A stretch of 64,000 nucleotides of DNA from positions 42,719-106,718 of the forward strand of contig JAFZOU010000011.1 in assembly GCA_017550525.1 (NCBI GenBank), read 5' to 3'. Origin of the DNA: Bacteroidales bacterium. GTDB lineage: Bacteria > Bacteroidota > Bacteroidia > Bacteroidales > UBA932. Shown here in pieces: positions 54,805-62,493 of the stretch. The translations under genes were made by a program, and so were the position numbers. Below the pieces are notes generated by a model. That model was given only the letters and a program-made list of their open reading frames with translations. It was not told where the DNA came from and did not search any database. Numbering within the stretch: position 1 is the first letter of the stretch; each line of letters opens with the position of its first letter.

Positions 54805-55830
54805 ATGGCTTTCAGTTTTTTAAATCAGGAACTGGCAATAGACCTTGGAACCGCCAACACCGTCATCTTCCAGAATGACCAGATTGTGCTGGACGAACCC
54901 TCCATCGTCGCTATTGACAACCAAACCGGAAAATGCATCGCGCTTGGCCAGAAAGCCAAACTGATGCACGAGAAAACAAACCCCGGAATCAAAACCGTAC
55001 GCCCTCTCCGTGACGGCGTCATCGCAGACTTCAATGCGGCGGAAATGATGATCCGCGGCTTCATAAAGCAGGTGAATTCCCGTCACCGCAGCCTCTTTGC
55101 CCCCAACATCAAACTGGTTGTGGGCATCCCTTCAGGCTCCACTGAGGTTGAGATCAGGGCCGTCCGTGACTCCTCAGAGCACGCCGGTGGCCGTGACGTA
55201 TACCTCATCTATGAGCCCATGGCCGCGGCGCTTGGTATCGGCCTTGACGTAGAAGCACCTAAGGGAAACATGGTTGTAGATATCGGAGGCGGCACCACGG
55301 AGATTGCCGTCATCTCCCTTGGCGGCATCGTCCAGCAGGAATCCATCCGCGTTGCCGGTGACGTCTTTACGGCCGATATCCAGAATTACCTGAGGCAGCA
55401 GCACGTCATTAAGGTTGGTGAAACCACCGCAGAGAGAATCAAGATTGCCGTTGGAGCAGTCATTCCCCAGCTCCCCGGTGAGGAGCCGGAGCCTTTTGTG
55501 GTACGCGGCCCCAACCTCATGACCGGCCACCCCGCAGAGGCCATCATCCCCTATCAGGAAATTGCCCACTGCCTGGACAAATCCATCGCCCGTCTTGAGG
55601 CCGCCATCCAGCAGGTCCTGGAGCAGACTCCCCCGGAGCTCTACTCGGACATTGTGGAAAACGGCATCTTCCTAAGCGGCGGCGGCGCCCTTCTCCGCGG
55701 CCTGGACAAGAGACTCTCCGACAAAGTGAACATCCCGTTCCATGTGGCGGAGGATCCCCTGAAGGCAGTTGCCCGCGGCACCTGCATAGCCCTCAAGAAC
55801 ACAGACAACTACTCCTTCCTCATGAGATAA
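54805..55830 (+). CDS. mreB: rod shape-determining protein MreB
   Basis: Actin-like ATPase. Motifs IDLGTANTVIF, VVDIGGGTTEIAVISLGG and GIFLSGGGALLRGLD are present. Confidence 0.95.
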   Translation: MAFSFLNQELAIDLGTANTVIFQNDQIVLDEPSIVAIDNQTGKCIALGQKAKLMHEKTNPGIKTVRPLRDGVIADFNAAEMMIRGFIKQVNSRHRSLFAPNIKLVVGIPSGSTEVEIRAVRDSSEHAGGRDVYLIYEPMAAALGIGLDVEAPKGNMVVDIGGGTTEIAVISLGGIVQQESIRVAGDVFTADIQNYLRQQHVIKVGETTAERIKIAVGAVIPQLPGEEPEPFVVRGPNLMTGHPAEAIIPYQEIAHCLDKSIARLEAAIQQVLEQTPPELYSDIVENGIFLSGGGALLRGLDKRLSDKVNIPFHVAEDPLKAVARGTCIALKNTDNYSFLMR

Positions 55831-55833
55831 AGG

Positions 55834-56643
55834 ATGCCAAGACGCAGTGCCCTTCCCGGAATAGTGAACTTCGCGGTCTTCATTTTACTGGAGATCGCGT
55901 CGCTGTATCTCATAACCCACAGTTCAGAGCTTCAGAAAACCTGGATTGCGGGCGCGGGAAACGCCGTCAAGGGTGCCGTCTGGGGCAGTTCTGAAAAGGT
56001 AAGGAACTTCTTCTCCCTTCGCGGGACCAACGAGCAGCTCTCCCAGGAAAATTACCTTCTGGAGAAAGAGGTTATCCGTCTCAGGGAGCAGCTCCGGCTT
56101 GCCAAGGCCGATACCGTGAAGCTTGGGAAACTTCCCGGCTACACCACCCTTCCCGCAGAGGTTGTGAAGATGAGCCGCTCAAAGCAGCACAACTACATCA
56201 TTGTGAACAAGGGCTATGAAGACGGCGTGCAGGAGAAATCCGGCATAGTCACCCGTGAAGGCGTAGTGGGTATAATAGACGCCGTAAGCGCCCATTTCTC
56301 CTACGCCCTCTCATTCCAGAATGCCGATATCTCCATTAGCGCCCGCCTTGGCTCCGAGGGCGGCAGCGGCCTCCTTATTTGGGACGGCAAGAGCTCGGAC
56401 GGCGCCATCCTGAAGGAGATTCCCCTTCAGTACAAGTACAGCCCCGGAGACACCATCTATACCAGCGGCCACTCCCTGGTGTTTCCACCGGACATTCCGC
56501 TTGGAACCGCCGGCAAGGCAAAGATAGTGAACGGGTCCACCAATGAGATCCAGGTAACCCTGTTCCAGGAGTTCAAGGCCCTGCGCTACGTGACCATAGT
56601 TCACAACGATTCACTTAACGAAGTGGAGGAGTTTCTGAAATGA
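55834..56643 (+). CDS. mreC: rod shape-determining protein MreC
   Basis: It has an N-terminal TM helix, a coiled coil (LSQENYLLEKEVIRLREQL) and a beta domain. It sits between mreB and mreD. Confidence 0.85.
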   Translation: MPRRSALPGIVNFAVFILLEIASLYLITHSSELQKTWIAGAGNAVKGAVWGSSEKVRNFFSLRGTNEQLSQENYLLEKEVIRLREQLRLAKADTVKLGKLPGYTTLPAEVVKMSRSKQHNYIIVNKGYEDGVQEKSGIVTREGVVGIIDAVSAHFSYALSFQNADISISARLGSEGGSGLLIWDGKSSDGAILKEIPLQYKYSPGDTIYTSGHSLVFPPDIPLGTAGKAKIVNGSTNEIQVTLFQEFKALRYVTIVHNDSLNEVEEFLK

Positions 56644-57149
56644 AAAAAGGATTCTGGATAGCATACGTGCTTCTTTTCATTGCCCAGCTTCTCCTGTGCA
56701 ACTACTTTGTGTTCACCCCCTGGATGATGGCAACCCTCCTCCCGGCAATGGTACTTTGCATACCGCTTAACATAGGCACCACCGGGGCAATGATCATTGC
56801 CTGCCTCACAGGCCTCGGGGTGGATTTCCTGGCCGAGGGAATCATCGGCCTCAATGCGCTTGCGCTTGTTCCCGTTGCCTTTGCACGCAAAAAGATCATC
56901 TCCATGTTGTTCGGGCAGGACCTCATCACAAGGGAAAAGCCTTTTACCATCCGCCGAAACGGCCTTACGGCTGTCCTAATGGCCCTTTTCATAAGCCTCA
57001 CCATCTTCCTTGTCATATACATTTGGGCCGATTCAGCCGGTACCCGCAGCTTTGGATTCAACGCCGCGCGCTTTGGCGCATCTCTGGCCGTGAGTATGGT
57101 TTTCTGCGTCCTGTCCGTGAGAGTCCTCACTCCTTCCGATTCCAGGTAA
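56640..57149 (+). CDS. mreD: rod shape-determining protein MreD
   Basis: 169-aa polytopic membrane protein in the mreBCD position. Confidence 0.7.
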   Translation: MKKGFWIAYVLLFIAQLLLCNYFVFTPWMMATLLPAMVLCIPLNIGTTGAMIIACLTGLGVDFLAEGIIGLNALALVPVAFARKKIISMLFGQDLITREKPFTIRRNGLTAVLMALFISLTIFLVIYIWADSAGTRSFGFNAARFGASLAVSMVFCVLSVRVLTPSDSR

Positions 57150-57150
57150 A

Positions 57151-58989
57151 ATGGAGCCGGGAAAGCGTCATATCCCGCTGCTCATCGGCCTTGCGATAGC
57201 CGCCCTTGTCCTGCTTGGAAAGATCTTTTCCTTGCAGGTGATTGACCGTTACAAGGAAGACGCAGACCGTAATTCCACCGTCTATGAGACCATCTACCCC
57301 ACCCGCGGCATCATCTATGACCGTAACGGAAATATCCTGGTCGGGAATAAGGTGGCGTACGACATCCTTGTGAGCCCGCGTGAGGTCCAGGCATTTGACA
57401 CCGTGGCTCTTGCCACCGTCCTTGACGTTACGCCGGAATTCATCCGCGGAAAACTTCAGGAATACCAGCGCCGACGCAGTTCAATAGGCTTCCAGAGTGT
57501 CACTATGATGAGAATGGTCCCCGCCGAAACCTATATGCGCTTTGATGAGGTAAAATACCGCTTCCCGGGCTTCAAGGGCCAGGTGAGAGGCGTGCGGGAC
57601 TACCCCTTCAACGCCGGCGGAAACCTCCTTGGATATGTCTCCGAGGTAAACCAGGCCTACATTGACCGGCATCCGGACGAATACCGCAGCGGAGACTACG
57701 CGGGGATGACCGGCATCGAGGCCGCCCGCGAAAAGGAACTCCGCGGAGAGAAGGGCTACCACATCTACCTCCGCAACTCCCGTAACCAGATAGAGCAGCC
57801 CTACAAGGACGGCGCGGAGGACAAGGAAGCCATTCCGGGACACGATATCGTGACCACCATTGACGCCCACCTCCAACAGTATGGGCAGGAACTGATGCAG
57901 AACAAGGTGGGCTCCATTGTGGCCATTGAGCCGTCCACCGGAGAGATTCTGGCGCTGGTGTCCTCGCCCGGTATAGATGTTTCGCAGCTTGCCGATATCG
58001 GCCGTCACTGGGAGGAAATTTCCTCCAATCCTTATAAACCCATGTACAACAGGGCCGTGCAGGCGTCCTACCCTCCGGGTTCTGTGTTCAAGCTGGTGAA
58101 CGGGCTTATCGGCCTTGAGGAAGGCGTCCTGAGGCCGGAAATGACTTATCCCTGCCACCAGGGCTATCATTTTGGCGCAGGGCACAAACTTGGCTGCCAC
58201 GCCCACAAGAGCCCCCTCAACATGGAGGAGTCCATCATGATGAGCTGCAACGCCTACTACTGCTACGTGCTCAAGAATATCCTTGATAACCGCAAGTTCA
58301 ACAACGTGGCGGATGGTATGGACCATTGGAGGGAGATGGTGATGAGTTTCGGGTTCGGCCGTAAACTCGGGAGCGATTTCCCGGCGGAACTCTCCGGCAG
58401 CATCCCCTCCTCAAAAACATACAACAGGGCCTACGGTAAGGGCCGATGGAACTCCACCACGGTGATTTCCCTGTCTATCGGCCAGGGAGAAATCCTTGCA
58501 ACGCCTATGCATCTTGCAAACCTCTGCGCAACCATTGCAAACAGGGGCTACTACTATATTCCGCACATTGTGAAGGAGTCTGAGGGTGTGCCGCTTGACC
58601 AAAGGTTCAAGGAAAGGCAGTACACCATGGTCGATACGCTGCAGTTCCCCAAAGTCATAAAGGGAATGTGGAGGGCCGTGAATTCCGGCCCGGGAATGGG
58701 CGGCACGGCGTGGATAGCGCACGTGGATTCGCTTGAGATATGCGGAAAGACCGGCACTGCGCAGAATCCACGCGGCGCGGATAACTCCGTGTTCATATGC
58801 TTTGCGCCTATGGACAATCCCAAGATTGCCATTGCGGCGTACGTGGAGAATGGCGGCTTCGGGGCCACTTATGCGGCTCCCATGGCTTCCCTTATGGCAG
58901 AAAAATATCTAACCGGTTCGGTTTCCCGTCCCGTGCTTGAAAAGCGTATGAAGGAGGCCGACTTAATGGCAAGGGTGAAGCATGATTGA
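57151..58989 (+). CDS. mrdA: penicillin-binding protein 2 (elongasome transpeptidase)
   Basis: The transpeptidase motifs SVFK (PPGSVFK), SCN (MMSCN) and KTGTA are present. It lies in the mre/mrd cluster. Confidence 0.9.
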   Translation: MEPGKRHIPLLIGLAIAALVLLGKIFSLQVIDRYKEDADRNSTVYETIYPTRGIIYDRNGNILVGNKVAYDILVSPREVQAFDTVALATVLDVTPEFIRGKLQEYQRRRSSIGFQSVTMMRMVPAETYMRFDEVKYRFPGFKGQVRGVRDYPFNAGGNLLGYVSEVNQAYIDRHPDEYRSGDYAGMTGIEAAREKELRGEKGYHIYLRNSRNQIEQPYKDGAEDKEAIPGHDIVTTIDAHLQQYGQELMQNKVGSIVAIEPSTGEILALVSSPGIDVSQLADIGRHWEEISSNPYKPMYNRAVQASYPPGSVFKLVNGLIGLEEGVLRPEMTYPCHQGYHFGAGHKLGCHAHKSPLNMEESIMMSCNAYYCYVLKNILDNRKFNNVADGMDHWREMVMSFGFGRKLGSDFPAELSGSIPSSKTYNRAYGKGRWNSTTVISLSIGQGEILATPMHLANLCATIANRGYYYIPHIVKESEGVPLDQRFKERQYTMVDTLQFPKVIKGMWRAVNSGPGMGGTAWIAHVDSLEICGKTGTAQNPRGADNSVFICFAPMDNPKIAIAAYVENGGFGATYAAPMASLMAEKYLTGSVSRPVLEKRMKEADLMARVKHD

Positions 58990-60511
58990 CGGAAGTTCAT
59001 CACGTAGAGGTCTCCGTCAGACTGTTGACTGGTGGATCATAATCGTATACCTTGCCCTTGTAGTAATAGGCTGGGTGAACATCTATGCCGCCACGCATAC
59101 CGCCGGGGCCGGTTCAATGCTGGACTGGGGTTCCCGCGCGGGTAAACAGTTTGTGTGGATACTCACATCCTTCGGCCTAGCTGCGCTTATCCTCTGGGTG
59201 CTGCCGCCGCAACTGTGGGAGGGCGGCGCGCCGGTGTTCTACGCCTTTGTGCTGGGGCTTCTGGTGCTGGTGATATTCGTTTCATCAGACGTGAAGGGCT
59301 CCCATTCCTGGTTTGACCTTGGGCCCATCCGCTTCCAGCCGGCTGAGATATCAAAGATAACTACGTCGCTGCTGCTGTCGCTTGTCATGAGCCAGCAGTG
59401 GTTCAAGATGGGGCGGCCCAGGGACTTTCTCATCGCTGCGGCAATTATCGGCCTTCCCATGCTTGTGATTGTGGCGGAAAGCGAGACCGGCAGCGCCCTG
59501 GTGTACGCCGGATTCATCTTTGTGCTTTACAGGGAGGGCCTTTCCGGATGGTGGCTGGCGGCTATCGGCCTTATTGTCCTTCTGTTTGTGGGGACGCTTA
59601 CCGCGGGGGCCTACACCACGCTTCTAATAATGATTGGGATACTGGTTCTTAGCTGTACGCTCAGTGAGCCGTCCCGCCTTAAGAACAGGCTTCTGATCGG
59701 CGGCGGATTTGTACTCCTGATGGCACTGTTCCCTCTTCTTCTTGGATGGGTGGGAGACCTTGTGCAGGGAGAGATGGACAAGCTGGCGCTTCGCCCCTGG
59801 GTGCCTCAGGCCGATGAAACGGAAGACTATTTCTGGGGCTTCATCCTGAAGATCAAGCCCGTGTGGGTGCTCATTGGCCTATCTTTTGCCGCGCTGCCGC
59901 TCCTTCTCTGGCATGCGTATAAGATCAAGGACAAGTTCCTGGCGCTCTGCTGCGGAGTGTTCATCGCAGGTGTAGTGATGGTTTTCTCCACTGACTTTGT
60001 GTTCCAGAACGTGCTGCAGCCGCACCAGAGGGGAAGGATAGAGGTGCTCCTGGGGCTTAAGGAAGACCTTGCCGGAGTTGGCTACAACGTGAACCAGAGT
60101 AAGATTGCAATTGGTTCCGGCGGGCTCCTTGGAAAAGGATTCCTGAAGGGTACTCAAACAACTTTTGGCTTTGTTCCGGAGCAATCCACGGACTTTATCT
60201 TCTGCACCGTGGGAGAGGAGTGGGGCTTCCTTGGATGCCTCATAGTGATAAGTCTTTATGTGTGGCTCATTGCAAGGCTCATCATAGATGCTGAGCGCTG
60301 CCGGGGCAAGTTCACCCGCATCTACGGATACTGCGTTGCAGCCTGCATCTTTATGCACCTTTTCATAAATGTGGGTATGACAGTAGGGCTTATGCCGGTT
60401 ATCGGCATCCCTCTTCCGCTGCTAAGTTACGGAGGGTCTTCCCTCTGGGCATTCACTATACTGATATTCATCTTTTTGGCACTTTACAGAAATGAGAAAA
60501 AATACTTCTAA
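58982..60511 (+). CDS. rodA: rod shape-determining protein RodA (SEDS family peptidoglycan polymerase)
   Basis: The FtsW/RodA/SpoVE motifs are present (QPAEISKITT, PEQSTDFIF, GLMPVIGIPLPLLSYGGSS). At 509 aa it is longer than proteobacterial RodA, because of a central insertion. Confidence 0.9.
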   Translation: MIDGSSSRRGLRQTVDWWIIIVYLALVVIGWVNIYAATHTAGAGSMLDWGSRAGKQFVWILTSFGLAALILWVLPPQLWEGGAPVFYAFVLGLLVLVIFVSSDVKGSHSWFDLGPIRFQPAEISKITTSLLLSLVMSQQWFKMGRPRDFLIAAAIIGLPMLVIVAESETGSALVYAGFIFVLYREGLSGWWLAAIGLIVLLFVGTLTAGAYTTLLIMIGILVLSCTLSEPSRLKNRLLIGGGFVLLMALFPLLLGWVGDLVQGEMDKLALRPWVPQADETEDYFWGFILKIKPVWVLIGLSFAALPLLLWHAYKIKDKFLALCCGVFIAGVVMVFSTDFVFQNVLQPHQRGRIEVLLGLKEDLAGVGYNVNQSKIAIGSGGLLGKGFLKGTQTTFGFVPEQSTDFIFCTVGEEWGFLGCLIVISLYVWLIARLIIDAERCRGKFTRIYGYCVAACIFMHLFINVGMTVGLMPVIGIPLPLLSYGGSSLWAFTILIFIFLALYRNEKKYF

Positions 60512-61346
60512 ACCGCTCAGGATCCTTGTTACCGGAGCCAGCAGCGGAATTGGCTATGACGCCGCTGCTGAGCTTGCCCGCCTTGGTCACACCGTCTTTG
60601 CCGCCGCCCGCCGCGTGGCCCTAATGGAGCCTTTGAAGGAGTTCGGCGTCACCCCCGTGGCGCTGGATGTCACCTCCGAGGACTCCCTGAAAGCCTGTAT
60701 GGAGGTGGTGGGAGACCTTGACGTTCTTGTGAACAACGCCGGATACGGATACTTCGGCCCCATTGAGACGGTTCCTATGGAGGATGCCCGCCGGCAACTG
60801 GAGGTAAACCTCTTCGGCCTTGCACGCCTTTGCCAGATGGTCCTTCCCGGAATGCGCGCCAAGGGTTCCGGACGCATTGTGAACATCGGCTCCGTTGCCG
60901 GCAAGGCCGTACTGAACTTCGGCGGATGGTACAACGTGTCAAAGTTTGCCGTGGAGGCCTTCTCCGACGCCCTCCGTATGGAAATGAAGCCATTTGGCGT
61001 AAAGGTAGTGCTCATCGAGCCCGGTTCCATCAAGACCGGCTGGGGAGACATTGCGGCCGATCACCTTGCAGAGTGCACCCGGGGTACAGCATATGAGGAG
61101 GCCGGCGCCCGCGAAGCCGCAGCAATGCACAAGGTGTATTCACTGAGCGTGCTATCGGCCCCGTCCGTAGTCACCCGCTGCATAGTGCGCGCCGTCCTTA
61201 CCCGCCGCCCCCGCACCCGCTACCGCCCGGGCCTCGGCGCCTCCAACATAGTGTTCTGGCACGCCGTGCTCCCGGACCGCTGGTGGGACGCCATCAACCG
61301 CCAGCTGGCCAGCCCCCGCGTGGGAAAGATTGCCGCAAAGCTGTAG
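60492..61346 (+). CDS. short-chain dehydrogenase/reductase (SDR) family oxidoreductase
   Basis: The TGASSGIG cofactor motif, NNAG and the catalytic Y..SK (YNVSKFAVEAF) are present. Confidence 0.9.
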   Translation: MRKNTSKPLRILVTGASSGIGYDAAAELARLGHTVFAAARRVALMEPLKEFGVTPVALDVTSEDSLKACMEVVGDLDVLVNNAGYGYFGPIETVPMEDARRQLEVNLFGLARLCQMVLPGMRAKGSGRIVNIGSVAGKAVLNFGGWYNVSKFAVEAFSDALRMEMKPFGVKVVLIEPGSIKTGWGDIAADHLAECTRGTAYEEAGAREAAAMHKVYSLSVLSAPSVVTRCIVRAVLTRRPRTRYRPGLGASNIVFWHAVLPDRWWDAINRQLASPRVGKIAAKL

Positions 61347-61439
61347 GGTCAGACTTCCTCATCCTCGGGTGCACCTGCAAGTGCACCCGACTTTGCGTAA
61401 TCCGCCGACTTTCACCCACTTACGCGCCAGGCTCATTTA

Positions 61440-61584
61440 GGCCGATTGCCGTGTTGACAGCCAAACCACCTTCTACGGCCACTTTCATTGCCGACACGGC
61501 AACAAAATCGGCCTTTTCCCCGGAAAACGCAGCCATGTTGACACTAAAAACCCAATTCTGAGCCATCTAACCGTCAACACGGCC
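61440..61584 (+). repeat. REP/MITE-like structured intergenic repeat, divergent copy D
   Basis: GGCCGATTGCCGTGTTGAC ... CCGACACGGCAACAAAATCGGCCTTTT ... GCCATGTTGAC ... GTCAACACGGC. It has the same module order and orientation as copies A to C, but more substitutions. Confidence 0.75.
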
Positions 61585-61613
61585 AGCGCTATGGATAATT
61601 CCATTTTATTTAC

Positions 61614-61621
61614 TATCTTTG
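61614..61621 (+). promoter_or_regulatory. -7 promoter box TAtcTTTG upstream of tRNA-Leu
   Basis: TATCTTTG lies 14 nt upstream of the tRNA 5' end. I saw no clear -33 TTTG. Confidence 0.45.
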
Positions 61622-61635
61622 CAGTCCCACATTTT

Positions 61636-61933
61636 GCCTTGGTGGTGGAATGGTAGACACGAGGGACTTAGACACAATTGAGTGCTCTCTCTGAAAAGAG
61701 AGATGCAGAATGCCGTAAATTCAAGGAAACCATAACGGGTAACGCCGATGGCAATCTTGAGCCAAGCCTTTGAGAGAAGGAAGGTGCAGAGACTAGACAC
61801 GGCACACCTAAAGAGCATAGCTCCAAGGTGAAGGAATAGTCCAGACCACAAACAGAAATGGTGGCGAAAGCCATAGTGGTAAGAAAATCCCTTGGCCCGA
61901 AACGGCCGTGCGGGTTCGATTCCCGCCCGAGGC
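61636..61933 (+). tRNA. tRNA-Leu (anticodon UAA), split by a group I intron (exons 61636-61669 and 61883-61933)
   Basis: The joined exons give an 85-nt class II tRNA. Its parts are acceptor GCCTTGG/CCGAGGC (one G-U), D arm GTG-GAATGGTAGA-CAC, anticodon stem AGGGA/TCCCT, loop CTTAAAA, a long variable arm (GGCC..GGCC), T arm GCGGG-TTCGATT-CCCGC and discriminator A. Confidence 0.9.
61670..61882 (+). ncRNA. group I self-splicing intron (IC3-like), 213 nt, no internal ORF
   Basis: It is inserted between U34 and A35. P1 pairs ACTT with GAGT (61680-61683), giving U-G at the splice site. Also present are P2 CTCTCT-GAAA-AGAGAG, P3 TGCCG/CGGCA, the core string GGAAGGTGCAGAGACTAGAC, P7 GACTA/TAGTC, P8 CACCT..AGGTG, P9 TGGC-GAAA-GCCA and a terminal G at 61882. 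Confidence 0.85.
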
Positions 61934-61935
61934 AC

Positions 61936-61964
61936 TAAGGATGTCATTCTATGGCATCCTTTTT
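61936..61964 (+). terminator. rho-independent terminator after tRNA-Leu
   Basis: AAGGATG (61936-61942) pairs with CATCCTT (61954-61960), followed by TTT. Confidence 0.6.
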
Positions 61965-62100
61965 CTGTTAAATGCGCCATAGAGTATCTTATAATGGCAT
62001 TTTGGTGAAGACATAAAAAGGCACCGAAAGCATTATAAAGACGAAAATGTTTCCCTAAAATTGGGAAACCATTCTTATCTTTGCAACGGAGGATAACATT

Positions 62101-62439
62101 ATGGCTACACGGAAAAGAATCACAAAAGCACCAACAGATAATCCAGAAGATATTGTTCGGAAACAACGTAGGAAGTAAATTTCCTTTAATCTGGAGGTTC
62201 GAGACGCAAATAAACACGGCACTTTCCCGATATACTTACGTGTTACTGAGGACAGGATTCATCGGCGATATAAATCCTCTATTGAGCTTGCTAGAAGAAT
62301 TGACTGGAACACCTACTCCCAAGATATTGGGCCCACAACCGTTGAAACCTACAAGGAACGCATCAAAGACAAGTTTGGCCTGGACACAGTCATCCAATGT
62401 GTAGCCGCAGCCGTAGCCAAAGGCATTGTGAGCGTATAG
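62101..62439 (+). pseudogene. remnant of a Bacteroidota tyrosine integrase (N-terminal arm-type DNA-binding domain only; in-frame TAA; catalytic domain missing)
   Basis: A TAtcTTTG box lies at 62076-62083. Frame 1 reads MATRKRITKAPTDNPEDIVRKQRRK, then TAA (62176-62178). It continues in the same frame as ISFNLEVRDANKHGTFPIYLRVTEDRIHRRYKSSIELARRIDWN..., ending at TAG 62437-62439. The second part resembles the conserved N-terminal domain of Bacteroides integrases. It lies about 170 nt 3' of a tRNA gene. Confidence 0.5.
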
Positions 62440-62493
62440 TGAGTTGTTAATCTAAATGAAAAGTAATATATTTGTAATCTAACCCACATTCTT

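Noticed and set aside
61941-61949. The 9-mer TGTCATTCT is shared between the tRNA-Leu terminator loop and the trmH in-frame repeat
   Set aside because: A single 9-mer match across 64 kb on two strands is within chance expectation. No extended similarity surrounds it.
61606-62217. 203-aa minus-strand ORF in the track
   Set aside because: It lies antisense across the tRNA-Leu exons, the group I intron and the terminator. Its sequence is low-complexity and Cys/Phe-rich, and it has no recognisable domain. The RNA gene explains this DNA better.
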